Part shown: positions 1-9,585 of the stretch, piece by piece | Layout: the number at the start of each line of letters is the position of its first letter | Position numbering within the stretch: position 1 is the stretch's first letter | Origin: an uncultured virus (IMG/VR IMGVR_UViG_3300042467_002204) | Taxonomy: Duplodnaviria; Heunggongvirae; Uroviricota; Caudoviricetes | DNA: 64,000 nt | IMG/VR virus record: IMGVR_UViG_3300042467_002204 | Strand: one strand, 5' to 3' | The notes under the pieces: model-generated | Told to the model about the DNA's origin: nothing | The model's database searches: none | Seen by the model: only the letters and a program-made list of their open reading frames with translations | Program-made: the position numbers and the translations under genes

Positions 1-7
1 GGAATGA

Positions 8-199
8 CTACTGGGCTTCAAGCTCATCAGCAAAAGCGTAAAGCGTATGGGCTGAAGTGGGATGATCGAGTTGATCCGCAGCAGCTCGCAGGGCGGCGGC
101 AATCTGGCGGCTACGGGTGGCGTAATAATTGCCAGCGTCTACTGGGCTATTCATAAACGCATCCAGCACCGCCTGCGCCTGTGGTGATAGGTCAGCCAC
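8..199 (-). CDS. small hypothetical phage protein
   Basis: Track ORF 8..250; likely GTG start at 199 (MADLSPQAQAVLDA) overlapping the upstream stop; GC-rich. Confidence 0.65.
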   Translation of the reverse strand: MADLSPQAQAVLDAFMNSPVDAGNYYATRSRQIAAALRAAADQLDHPTSAHTLYAFADELEAQ

Positions 200-716
200 G
201 GTCGGCCTCCTGTTCAAGAGCAAAGACAAGTGCAGGTGGGAAATAAACATCAGGGTTGCTGGTCATCCAAGCTGCTACCTCGCGGATCGCGGCGCGGGCT
301 TCAGATGCCCAGTTGACGGCTTCCTCATCCCGTTCCAGGCCGTACTCAATCCCGCTGATGGCAAGCGCCACGCGGTTCACCAGCGACCTCCCAATTTGGG
401 AGGAGTCAGGAGCTTGCTTGGAGTTGGGAGCTAGCAGATCCCTGACCTGTTGCGCCTGCTCAGGCGTCAACTTCAGCGGCTTGCTGATTTCATAAACCTT
501 TGATGCTTGGCGTTCGGCAGCTTCTAGTGACTCAACACGGGTAAACAAGGCAACAATGTTGGAGTTGGTTTCGACAATGTGCTTGTGAGCTGCAGCCTCC
601 AGCGCCTCGACCCTGGCGCGGAGTTCAAGAATTGCAGAGCAATCAGAGCTGCCAACTACATCGGCGCATTTCTGAACTTGATTCCACTGATCGGACGTTG
701 CTTTGTAGTCAGTCAT
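192..716 (-). CDS. hypothetical phage protein (coiled-coil)
   Basis: Track ORF 192..785; likely ATG at 716 (MTDYKATSDQW) coupled to the upstream gene. Confidence 0.7.
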   Translation of the reverse strand: MTDYKATSDQWNQVQKCADVVGSSDCSAILELRARVEALEAAAHKHIVETNSNIVALFTRVESLEAAERQASKVYEISKPLKLTPEQAQQVRDLLAPNSKQAPDSSQIGRSLVNRVALAISGIEYGLERDEEAVNWASEARAAIREVAAWMTSNPDVYFPPALVFALEQEADRG

Positions 717-1041
717 CGAGTTGCTCCAGGGCGCGGCGAATAATGTTTGCTTGGTCCGAGCAAATCCCCTCTGGCGGGGTGTCATCAGCCATTTTGACGG
801 CCTCAGAAAGTGCTTGTAACGCCTGCTCCTTCAAGCTCGGCGGTTTGGGGCGGCGGCGGGCGCGGAGTTCTAGCGCAAGACTTTCGCGAAGATCGCGGGC
901 AAAGCAATGGCAGCACGCCTCCAGCTCCTGGTCGGCACCTGCCTGGAAAGCAGCAGCTATGGCTAGCGCCGGGGAGAGTTCCAGCCACTGCTGCACCAGC
1001 TCTTCTGGTGGCGTAATCGGATGCTTGTAATCTTGAGTCAT
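709..1041 (-). CDS. hypothetical phage protein
   Basis: 110 aa ORF MTQDYKHPITPPEELVQQW with GGAGG RBS upstream. Confidence 0.75.
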   Translation of the reverse strand: MTQDYKHPITPPEELVQQWLELSPALAIAAAFQAGADQELEACCHCFARDLRESLALELRARRRPKPPSLKEQALQALSEAVKMADDTPPEGICSDQANIIRRALEQLDD

Positions 1042-1109
1042 CGTCGATCCTCCAATCGGCGGTCATGGGGCGGGCAGGTAGCACTGCGCCGCTCCACAAC
1101 CATACCATG

Positions 1110-1202
1110 TGCTACAGTGCTGTGGCTGACCAGAAAGCAGCAACGCAACGGTCGTGATATTCCGTTGCACAAGGGGGCAGGGGTGACATCCTGTCCCTTT
1201 TT
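1110..1202 (+). ncRNA. candidate small RNA (extended -10, hairpin, intrinsic terminator)
   Basis: TGcTACAGT at 1110-1118, hairpin GCAACGG/CCGTTGC, then GGGGCAGG/CCTGTCCC followed by TTTTT. Confidence 0.4.
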
Positions 1203-1294
1203 AATGGGATGGGCTGAGCGTGATACGCCTCATCGGGACGCAACAGGGGCCCAGGCTCTGTCATTAAGCATTCTAGTCTTGTTCTCTAGTGGGG

Positions 1295-3823
1295 TCAGCG
1301 GGCTCTTGAGTAATTAAATGGTGACTCTGCCCAAGCGCAGTAAATGTATGTTTGGCCAGACTGGTTGCGCCCAGCAGTGGATGTTCTGATCTTGAATCCA
1401 TTACTAAGGATGTCCCAGCCGACACCTGCCGTGCTTGCTCCGCTCGAATCTTGATTTTCAGAAACGCTACTATTTGCGATTAGTTGAGTATCGCTAAGGT
1501 TGTATGTTGATCTGGCTGTGTCATGAATAATCCAGTCGTAACCTGAAGAGCCGCCAACCGAAGAAGACTTGACCATGATGTATCGCGGTCTAAACCCGGT
1601 ATACACAAAGGGACCATCCGAGCTGCCGTTGCCGGTGTAGCTGCCAAAGCTAGAGTACCCGACTACTGGGGCGAAGCAGTAGGCGACAAAGGTCGCAGAA
1701 GAACCGTTCACACCGCTCTCTGTTCCAAGTGAAAAAACTGTAGAAGACGGTGATGTAGTAAAAACAGTTCCCGCACCATCTGTGCGTTTTGCGCCAGTAT
1801 CAAACTGAAAATAATCACTTGCCCAATTAAAACCAGAGAAAGTAAATCCAATGACCCAGCCTCCTGTTGCACTACGCTTTTTCACGATCACCATGCTAGG
1901 AGCAACACCCAAACCATGCCCCACCGTGGCATTAGCACCCGTCCCCGTATAAGTAACAATCGAAAACCCCGCACTCGCATTAGCCCGCACCTGACTAGAG
2001 ATGGAGCCTGCTGTGTTGTTGGTGTCGGTGGAGCTTCCGGCGTCCCAGCACCAGGCCGCGTAGGTGGCTGAACTGGTGTTGAGTTTGGCAAGACTGCCGA
2101 TGGTGAAGGTGTTGGTGCCGAACGCTGTCAGACCAGTGCTTTGCGTTGTTTCTGCAGCGGTACTGTTGCTAGCAAGATCCTTCTGAACATCACGCACCGC
2201 GTCGTAGAGCGCATGATCAGTTGCCCCGGACCGACCTTTGATCCACACGAGGTCCGGCGTAAAAGCAATACTGGTTGGGGTGCTGCTGGCGTAGGGAAGC
2301 GTCAGGCTTGACCCAGTGCCGGTGTAAAGCACCACATCCATCACCGTCGAAGGCTTTGTGACTAATGGCGCGGGCAGGTTTGCCGTGCAGAGCGCTTTGT
2401 AGCCACCCGAAGGAGGAGAATAAGCAAACGGTCTTTGGCCGCAGTTCAGATAGCCAGAGTTGCTGTAAGCATTAACGACGAGGAACAGTTCAGCAGGCAG
2501 TGAGGTGAAGGTAGGATTTGAGCCGGTAGACGGATTGCCAGTTGTGCCACTAGACCCGTCACGCCAAGTATTGTTCTGTCCGGCCCAAGCACGATTATTT
2601 GCGGGGTCTACAGCAATCTGGATAATGTCTCCAGCAGCAAAAGACCCTGAGTAAGTATTGCCACCATCGTTACGGTTGATAATTATGGAACTGTAGCCGA
2701 AAAAATTCCACGAGTTAGACGCACTGCCCGCCACTGCATTTGTTGCGAGAGAAGCCGCACCCAAGCCAAAGCCAAGTCCAACCGATGAGTTAGTGGAGCT
2801 TCCGACAGTAAGTTCGGCGTACCAGAGTCCACTTGTCGGGATTGCAAAAGTGCTTTTGGCTAGACAATGGGCAGCACCCGCAGTGAAATCCAGATTGCCG
2901 TTTGAGAGTGTGCCGCCGTTGGTCAGCGGATTGAGAGTGCAGTAGTTGCCTCTTGTAGATCCGCCCGGATCGCCACCTGTGCTAGCGGTGCCATTAGTGG
3001 GAACGTCTGTCACTGAATCGTTTCCTGCACCAGCGGTGACCGACAGGTTGTTCGGCGTCCAGTTATTCGCCGGGGAGTTGCCACTAGTGTCCTTCCCTAA
3101 TGTGGTGGCGGTTGCTGCCGAGTTGTCCGCAAACTCCAGGTGGAAGCCGTTCACAGCCCCAGAGCCAACGTTGTAGCTGCCGGTGTATGCCTTGGGGATG
3201 AGCTGGCCGGTGGTGGCGTCGGTTTCGGTGAAGCTGCTGGGGGTTAGCGCTTGGCCGTCGATGAAATAGATGTCGGCTAAATAGCAGGTGCCTGCTGAAG
3301 ATGCACCAATGTAGGGGAAGTAGTTGATATTATGGGCCAAGGCCGTATTAACAAGCCCTTCAAAATTTTGCGTGGGATAATCGTACGCACCTTCTAGTAA
3401 TTCTGTTGAAATTAAACTTCCATTTACATAAAATTTCAATCGATCAGAAGCTGTAGCTGCCGTTGTGTCTTGAGCAATTACAACGTGCATCCAAGCAGAA
3501 AAATCTCTGAAAACTGCAATAGATTGCCTGCCATAGACGGCTGCACCACTAACTGCAACCCAGGAGAACTTATTCGTAGAACTAAATTGAATGTATGTAT
3601 AGTTTGGATAAGAATCTTGCCCAAATAAACGAATTGCTTGGTCTGGTGTCGACTTTTTGATCCACCCCGCCCAGGTCCAGGTCTTGCGGTTGCCTGCTGA
3701 TGCGGGAGTGCGGGACAAGTAGGCACTGTCACTACTATTGAATCTCAGACTCCTAGATATACCTCCAGCAGCTTCTTGCTGGGCATACGCTAATAAGAGC
3801 GGATTTTTAGAGAACAGACTCAT
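1295..3823 (-). CDS. tail fibre / receptor-binding protein, copy A (LamG/ConA-like, SPRY-like and C-terminal fibre domains)
   Basis: 842 aa S/G/T-rich; SRSLRFN..RKTWTWAGW, FIDGQALTP, GLWYAE, FTPDLVWIKGR, YCAWAESPF motifs typical of cyanophage fibre proteins. Confidence 0.8.
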   Translation of the reverse strand: MSLFSKNPLLLAYAQQEAAGGISRSLRFNSSDSAYLSRTPASAGNRKTWTWAGWIKKSTPDQAIRLFGQDSYPNYTYIQFSSTNKFSWVAVSGAAVYGRQSIAVFRDFSAWMHVVIAQDTTAATASDRLKFYVNGSLISTELLEGAYDYPTQNFEGLVNTALAHNINYFPYIGASSAGTCYLADIYFIDGQALTPSSFTETDATTGQLIPKAYTGSYNVGSGAVNGFHLEFADNSAATATTLGKDTSGNSPANNWTPNNLSVTAGAGNDSVTDVPTNGTASTGGDPGGSTRGNYCTLNPLTNGGTLSNGNLDFTAGAAHCLAKSTFAIPTSGLWYAELTVGSSTNSSVGLGFGLGAASLATNAVAGSASNSWNFFGYSSIIINRNDGGNTYSGSFAAGDIIQIAVDPANNRAWAGQNNTWRDGSSGTTGNPSTGSNPTFTSLPAELFLVVNAYSNSGYLNCGQRPFAYSPPSGGYKALCTANLPAPLVTKPSTVMDVVLYTGTGSSLTLPYASSTPTSIAFTPDLVWIKGRSGATDHALYDAVRDVQKDLASNSTAAETTQSTGLTAFGTNTFTIGSLAKLNTSSATYAAWCWDAGSSTDTNNTAGSISSQVRANASAGFSIVTYTGTGANATVGHGLGVAPSMVIVKKRSATGGWVIGFTFSGFNWASDYFQFDTGAKRTDGAGTVFTTSPSSTVFSLGTESGVNGSSATFVAYCFAPVVGYSSFGSYTGNGSSDGPFVYTGFRPRYIMVKSSSVGGSSGYDWIIHDTARSTYNLSDTQLIANSSVSENQDSSGASTAGVGWDILSNGFKIRTSTAGRNQSGQTYIYCAWAESPFNYSRAR

Positions 3824-3830
3824 CCCAGTC

Positions 3831-4652
3831 TTAAGCGATAGTGCCTGATCCGAAGTCTAGGAGAGCTGCTGCGTTGATTCGCGACGGATTAACAACGTAA
3901 TACAGCAGCGCATCCACGCCGCTGGCCGTCGTAGTCAAATCGGGTGCAATATTGCTGGGAAAGCGCCAACCGCCGCTATAAGTTAAAAGCCGAGATCCGA
4001 CGCTATCTTGGCGAAGAATAATGGTGCCGGTCTGACCGCCACTGGCGTTGGCGGGAGTAGCTAATGTCGAACTAGCCGCAGTTAAAACAACTTCAAAATT
4101 ATCGCGAGCACCGAATGCCAGCGTAATAACACCAGATCCCTGAATAACTCCGCTAGGGGAACCAATAGTCTGCGATTGAGCGACGACAGGACCCGAAATA
4201 GGACCGCCGGTTTTGTCATATTTATTTGCTACAGAACTGAGCGCTGCGTTACCTGATGCCTGGGCAGTAGCTGCAGATGAAAGAGCAGCATTACCGGAAG
4301 CAAGTGCAGCAGCAGAAGAAGTTAAAGCTGCGTTGCCGGAAGCAAGTGCAGTCGCCGACGAAACAAGAGCTGCGTTACCAGAAGCAAGTGCAGTGGAAGC
4401 TGATGCTAAAGCTGCATTTCCAGAAGCGATGGCAGATCCATCGATCCCGAGAGCATCGCCAACAAAAATAAGACCGCTAGCAGCCGGAGCAATCGAAGCG
4501 TTAACTGTGACCGTTCCGCCAGTTAAGGCGCCGCCACCGTCAAGGCCGCTTCCAGCAACGAGAGTACCGGCATTAGTCCCAACGACCGTATCGCCAGAAG
4601 GAAGTTCTGAAGTAACCCCACTAACTAGAACTAACGGTCGACGTGATGCCAT
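3831..4652 (-). CDS. tail fibre-associated protein with five 14-aa ASGNAAL repeats
   Basis: 273 aa; coiled-coil-like repeats and C-terminal RQD..GSR...WRF...PDLTT..VD motif; paralog of 8184-8912. Confidence 0.7.
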   Translation of the reverse strand: MASRRPLVLVSGVTSELPSGDTVVGTNAGTLVAGSGLDGGGALTGGTVTVNASIAPAASGLIFVGDALGIDGSAIASGNAALASASTALASGNAALVSSATALASGNAALTSSAAALASGNAALSSAATAQASGNAALSSVANKYDKTGGPISGPVVAQSQTIGSPSGVIQGSGVITLAFGARDNFEVVLTAASSTLATPANASGGQTGTIILRQDSVGSRLLTYSGGWRFPSNIAPDLTTTASGVDALLYYVVNPSRINAAALLDFGSGTIA

Positions 4653-4681
4653 CGCAGTATCCTCGTTATTTAAGTATAGCC

Positions 4682-5185
4682 TCAGTCGTAAAGAACAACA
4701 GGCGGTTCAATTTCGACTTGAAGCTCAGATGTACTTAGTGCCTGTCCAATGTTAACTAAAGCAGCGTATCCGCTGGCTAAGGTAACTAAACCAGAAGCGG
4801 TCGAATAACGAGTGAGCTGGCCGGTAAATTTCGATAAATAGTAGTATTCGCCGGGAACAAGTTGGGTATCACCCGTAAGGTTTGCGGATGAAACGACAGC
4901 GGTATCGTCCAGCGTCACAGCCACGGTGGCTGAAGTCGCGGCGGCTTGCGTGGTGATTCCGATTGCGTTGTACTGCGCAGGAGTAACTCCGCTAGCAGCA
5001 CTCGCAGGCAGCACATATGTACCGCTTACATACACGACTTGGCCCTGAATGAGGGTTGCACCAGCCGTAAAGTTTTGAGTCTGGGCCGCTGACGTTGTAA
5101 CCCCGGCACCATTAACCAACCAAACTTGTTGACCAGCTGGTGTGTAATCGGTGTACTGCCGATTAAAAATGGCTCGGGTTGTCAT
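4682..5185 (-). CDS. virion structural protein, paralog of 8915-9391
   Basis: FTAG..L..G.VVYVS, AIG, L.PGEYYY, GQALSTSELQVE shared with 8915-9391. Confidence 0.65.
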   Translation of the reverse strand: MTTRAIFNRQYTDYTPAGQQVWLVNGAGVTTSAAQTQNFTAGATLIQGQVVYVSGTYVLPASAASGVTPAQYNAIGITTQAAATSATVAVTLDDTAVVSSANLTGDTQLVPGEYYYLSKFTGQLTRYSTASGLVTLASGYAALVNIGQALSTSELQVEIEPPVVLYD

Positions 5186-5190
5186 AACCG

Positions 5191-5724
5191 TCAGAGCGTA
5201 AGGGTGTCAAAGGACCCGGAATCAACGGTTCCCGTATCCGATAAAACGGTGCCTGAAGGCGGTGTGGGAGGATTCAGCGGAGGCCAAACGGGATACTCAG
5301 GACCCGTGATGTAAACAGCAAGCGAATCGGTTGAATCGGTGCTGCGAATCGAGACGACTTTTTGCTCACAAGCCGTACGGGTTTCTTGGCGCCAAACTTT
5401 GACACCGCTGGACATCGGCGTTCCGTTGTCGATTTCGCGAACGACCATCCAATCGCTAGGAGCCAGAAGTGTGTTCGCAGTTTGACGGGTTTGATCCACC
5501 CAACCCGACACCAGAACTCCGTGATCTTTAGGAATTAAGGTGCCACTAGCGGTATAACCCCAATAGAAACGTTGATCCCAGGTCGGGGGATCAGGAACTT
5601 CTGTAATCCCCACGGCTGCACGATCATCCGGGGAGGATAAGCGGAGCCAGTTTGCAGGAAACAACGTTCCGTTTGCTTCAAACGGTGTATCCAGCGGTAA
5701 AGGTTTGCCGTCTAAAACAAACAT
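5191..5724 (-). CDS. tail fibre assembly / chaperone-like protein
   Basis: 177 aa directly after the fibre gene; FPANWLRLS..DR.AVGI, LLAPSDWMVVR, WRQ..R motifs. Confidence 0.65.
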   Translation of the reverse strand: MFVLDGKPLPLDTPFEANGTLFPANWLRLSSPDDRAAVGITEVPDPPTWDQRFYWGYTASGTLIPKDHGVLVSGWVDQTRQTANTLLAPSDWMVVREIDNGTPMSSGVKVWRQETRTACEQKVVSIRSTDSTDSLAVYITGPEYPVWPPLNPPTPPSGTVLSDTGTVDSGSFDTLTL

Positions 5725-5790
5725 CGTCGACTATGTTTTTTTAAATTCTAACCGCTAATAATGCGGGCGGACAAACTAAGTTTGCGGGGG

Positions 5791-8187
5791 TCAGCGGGCG
5801 CGGGCGTAGTTGAAGGGCGATTCGGCAAAGGCGGCGTAGATGTAGACACTGCCACTTGAGTTAAGCCCTCCAGATGTGCTTCTGATTTTGAAACCATTAC
5901 TGAGAACATCTAGGCTTGCGCCAAAAAATTCAGCATCTGCCAAGTTGGGATAAATCTGAGCGCCAGCAACGTTATAGGTATCTCTGGCGGTATCATAAAT
6001 AACCCAGACGTTGGTACCACTGCTGCTGTTCTTTAACAGTACCCACCTCGGGCGCATTCCCGTAAACACAAACGGCCCATCCGGGTTGCCGTCGCCGGTG
6101 TAGCTGCCGAAACTAGAGTATCCAACTACTGGGGCGAAGGCATACACAACAATCTTCTGATTTGACGCCGAAGCAATCGTTCCTTGGCGGATCCCGATGG
6201 TTGAGGAAGAAAAACTCCAGAGAGTCGAGCCACTTGTGGTTTTAGCTGCAGTGCTGTTTAGCTGCAAGTAGTCACTTGCGGGGTTTGAAAAATCAGACCT
6301 GGCCACGTACCAAGCGTCAGAAATGTCCCTGTTCTTTGCAATGAACATCACCGGGGACACATTCAGGCCGTGTCCGACGGTATCAAGAGATGATCCATTA
6401 CCGCCGGACGAGTATGTGATGATCGAGAACCCCGCCGTCGCGTTGGCCCTGACAGTGGAAGTTATGGAGCCTGCTGTGTTCGTGACGGTGGAGCTTCCGG
6501 CGTCCCAGGCCCAGGCGACATACGTTGAACTGCTTCCGTTGACCTCTGCGGTGTTGCCGACAGAAAACCCATTTGAATTAAAAGCCGTCAGTGTCTGAGC
6601 GTTGGTAGCCTCTGCGTTGGTGGAATTACTGAATAGTCGAGTTGTTGCTCCAACAATTGTATTAAACAGTGCGTTCCATTCACTCCCGCTACGTTGCTTC
6701 AGCCAGACAAGATCAGGGCTAAAACCGCCAGGCAATGTAATGCTTTGCGAGCTACCATTTCCGGTCCACAAAACTGTATCGAAAACCGTATTAGGCTTGA
6801 CGACTAATGGCGTTGTGAGGTTGGCCGTGCAGAGCGCCTTGAAGCCGCTGGGGGCCGTGTAGGCGAAGGCGCGTTGGCCGAAGTTCATGCTGGCCACGGA
6901 ACTTCCCGACGTGTAATCTCCTACTGCTGAATAAAAAGTTCCTGACAGTGACGAGAATGCTGTCCCTTGACTTGTGTTGTTTTTGTAAAAAACTAAGGTT
7001 CCTGCATCAAGATCAAGAGCTATCCCAATCACATCATTTGATGTGTAGGATGCGCCATAGGCAGTTGAAGAACCGTTGTTGTACTTGTTACCAGATTGCA
7101 AATATGCATAACCATCTGCGGTAGATCCAAGCTCGGCATTTGTTCCACCGATTTTCAAAACGCCCACTGAAATGCTAGTGGCTGTTGTAGGGGTTACCTC
7201 CCAGTACCATTTCCCAGAGCTAACAGCAATGGTGCCAACAGAAGTGGCGCTTCCGGTGGTTGATGTTGTTACATCCAGATTGCCATTGCTGAGTGTATTT
7301 CCAGAAACGAATAGGGGATTCAACGTCGCATAATTCCCCCTAACCTCACCCCCCACGCCCGTATCCGTCTGCGCCCCGTTAGTGGGCACATCTACGAGGC
7401 TGTCATTACCCGAACCAGCGGTGATACTTAAGTTATTCGGAGTCCAGTTGTTACCTAAATTGAAATTATCTTTACCTAAAGTTGTGGCTGTAGCAGCAGA
7501 GTTGTCGCTGAAAGGCAGCCAGAAGCTGTTACCCGTATAAGTACCGGTGTATGCCTTCGGGATGAGCTGGCCGGTGGTGGCGTCGGTTTCGGTGAAGCTG
7601 CTGGGGGTCAGCGCTTGGCCGTCGATGAAGTAGATGTCGGCTAGGTAGCCGTCGAAATAACGAGCAGAGAGTATAGATGCTCGTCCAATTTCATGCAGAG
7701 CCGCTTGATTAATGCCGTAGTCTTGGTTGCTGATGGACGCCCTATTGTCAATGCTGAAATCGGTAAGCTGGACGCTATTTACATACAGCTTAATCTTGTT
7801 TGCATTTGTTCCTTGTGTAGCATCAAAAGCCGCAACTATGTGATACCAAGCCGACACGTCCCTGTAGACAGAAGCGGAAACTAGGAAATTGCTAACAGCT
7901 CCAGCAACAGTCAACTTGTGATTATTGTCGATGTAGATACCCATAAAACCGGTATCGCTACTTGTAGTTCCACCGGTAAAAAGATTGACATCAAGTCCAG
8001 TCGATAGCGAAGCCCGCTTCACCCACCCCGCCCAGGTCCAGGTGCGGCGGTTGCCAGCAGATGCGGGGGTGCGGCTGAGATAGGCCGAATCGGCTGAGTT
8101 GAACCTCAGACTTCTACTAATACTGTATGCTCCGCCAGAAGCAGAAGCGGCTCCAAAAAACTCAGGAGTTGTATTTCCCGGAATCAT
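5791..8187 (-). CDS. tail fibre / receptor-binding protein, copy B
   Basis: 798 aa, colinear paralog of 1295-3823 with near-identical blocks and the same C-terminus (AESPFNY.RAR). Confidence 0.8.
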   Translation of the reverse strand: MIPGNTTPEFFGAASASGGAYSISRSLRFNSADSAYLSRTPASAGNRRTWTWAGWVKRASLSTGLDVNLFTGGTTSSDTGFMGIYIDNNHKLTVAGAVSNFLVSASVYRDVSAWYHIVAAFDATQGTNANKIKLYVNSVQLTDFSIDNRASISNQDYGINQAALHEIGRASILSARYFDGYLADIYFIDGQALTPSSFTETDATTGQLIPKAYTGTYTGNSFWLPFSDNSAATATTLGKDNFNLGNNWTPNNLSITAGSGNDSLVDVPTNGAQTDTGVGGEVRGNYATLNPLFVSGNTLSNGNLDVTTSTTGSATSVGTIAVSSGKWYWEVTPTTATSISVGVLKIGGTNAELGSTADGYAYLQSGNKYNNGSSTAYGASYTSNDVIGIALDLDAGTLVFYKNNTSQGTAFSSLSGTFYSAVGDYTSGSSVASMNFGQRAFAYTAPSGFKALCTANLTTPLVVKPNTVFDTVLWTGNGSSQSITLPGGFSPDLVWLKQRSGSEWNALFNTIVGATTRLFSNSTNAEATNAQTLTAFNSNGFSVGNTAEVNGSSSTYVAWAWDAGSSTVTNTAGSITSTVRANATAGFSIITYSSGGNGSSLDTVGHGLNVSPVMFIAKNRDISDAWYVARSDFSNPASDYLQLNSTAAKTTSGSTLWSFSSSTIGIRQGTIASASNQKIVVYAFAPVVGYSSFGSYTGDGNPDGPFVFTGMRPRWVLLKNSSSGTNVWVIYDTARDTYNVAGAQIYPNLADAEFFGASLDVLSNGFKIRSTSGGLNSSGSVYIYAAFAESPFNYARAR

Positions 8188-8912
8188 GAGACAGTTCCCG
8201 AACCGTAATTAGCGGAAAGAATGGCGCTTACACGATTAGGGTTGATCACATAATACGTAAGAATATCCACGCCGCTGGCCGTAGTCGTAAGGGTAGGCGC
8301 CGTATTTCCAGCAAAACTCCAAGAGCCGCTATATGTAACTAAACGACTTCCCGTGCCATCCTGACGAATCGCAATAGAACCACATTGACCACCACTGGCG
8401 TTTGTCGGAGACGCAAAAGTCGAATTATTAGTAAGAACAACCTCAAAATTATTACGAGTGCCGAAGTTAAAAATGCAGACACCCGACGAGTTGATAGCGC
8501 CAGTAGTGCCAAAAGACTGAGATTGGACAACAATGGGACCGGAAATTGGGCCACCCGTCTTGTCGTATTTATTAGCTAAAGAACTTAGAGCGGCATTGCC
8601 AGAAGCCTGAGCAGTAGAGCCGACAACTAAAGCTGCGTTACCTGAAGCTTGAGCTGTAGAGCCAACAACTAAAGCTGCGTTACCTGAAGCCTGAGCTGTG
8701 GCGGCGCTCGTTAAAGCGGAATTGCCAGAAGCAAGAGCTTGATTAGCGGTCGATTGAGCAGCGACACCGCTAGCAGCGAGCGTAAACCGAGCATCAAGAA
8801 CGCCAACTTCAACACGTTTATTTAGCGTCCCCGAAGCTTCAACGACAGGAAAGTAATCACCACTGGCTAACGTCGTGATCGCTGTAAATTGCGATATTTT
8901 CTGGCTAGCCAT
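8184..8912 (-). CDS. tail fibre-associated protein with four ASGN(A/S)AL repeats
   Basis: 242 aa; N-terminal KISQF motif; C-terminal domain paralogous to 3831-4652. Confidence 0.7.
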   Translation of the reverse strand: MASQKISQFTAITTLASGDYFPVVEASGTLNKRVEVGVLDARFTLAASGVAAQSTANQALASGNSALTSAATAQASGNAALVVGSTAQASGNAALVVGSTAQASGNAALSSLANKYDKTGGPISGPIVVQSQSFGTTGAINSSGVCIFNFGTRNNFEVVLTNNSTFASPTNASGGQCGSIAIRQDGTGSRLVTYSGSWSFAGNTAPTLTTTASGVDILTYYVINPNRVSAILSANYGSGTVS

Positions 8913-8914
8913 GT

Positions 8915-9391
8915 TTATGCAGTCTCTAAGTCAATTGTAGACCCATCTTCTTGAAGCATAGCATCCAGAAGAACACCAGCGCTGGTTTCAAGAAGAATTA
9001 CTGAAGTAGGGTTAACAACGAACGTAGGTCGCGATAATTCAACTTCAAGCGCAGAAGTTGATACAGCCCGACCAACAGTAGTTAAATAAGCCCCTTCATA
9101 CGCAGTCGCGGCTAAATCAGAACTCCAAGTGGAGTAAGAAACATTTACGCCCGAAGAAAGAATCGAAACGTAGCGATACTCGCCCGGAGTTAAACCACTT
9201 GCAGCCGTATATAAAAAGTCTCCGTTAACTCGAATAAGCGAGCCAGCGGAACCCGAATCGAGAGCCACGCCGATTGCGCTGGCTTGATTCTGTAAAATTG
9301 CACTGGATTTATAAATAAACCCAGTAGAACTTACGAAAACTGTATCTCCAGCCGAGATGGCTTCTCCTGCTGTAAACGAAGTTAAAGCCAT
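8915..9391 (-). CDS. virion structural protein
   Basis: 158 aa; paralog of 4682-5185; C-terminal LLE..MLQEDG.TI.LE motif. Confidence 0.65.
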   Translation of the reverse strand: MALTSFTAGEAISAGDTVFVSSTGFIYKSSAILQNQASAIGVALDSGSAGSLIRVNGDFLYTAASGLTPGEYRYVSILSSGVNVSYSTWSSDLAATAYEGAYLTTVGRAVSTSALEVELSRPTFVVNPTSVILLETSAGVLLDAMLQEDGSTIDLETA

Positions 9392-9415
9392 CTCGACCTT
9401 TTAGATAATTCCAGT

Positions 9416-9541
9416 TTAGCCCTTACCTTGGCCTCTCGTCTTTTTCCTCCCGTGTGAGGCCTTACTGTGCATACCCTCGCCCTGACGGGTTTTTTTAGGC
9501 TTGGATTCGATCTTGCTGAGGGGCGCTTTGGACTTAACCAT
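9416..9541 (-). CDS. small basic protein, 41 aa (below ORF-track cutoff)
   Basis: Hand-translated MVKSKAPLSKIESKPKKTRQGEGMHSKASHGRKKTRGQGKG. Confidence 0.6.
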   Translation of the reverse strand: MVKSKAPLSKIESKPKKTRQGEGMHSKASHGRKKTRGQGKG

Positions 9542-9585
9542 GCGGATAGTGCAACCGCACAAGCTTAGGAAAAAATACTAAATCG

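Noticed and set aside
1295..8187. Diversity-generating retroelement (TR/VR pair) between the fibre paralogs
   Set aside because: Differences in the compared blocks are mostly synonymous and not adenine-specific; both copies are full genes and there is no reverse transcriptase in the window.
1295..9391. Shufflon or invertible tail-fibre cassette
   Set aside because: All copies are in direct orientation and no recombinase gene is visible.
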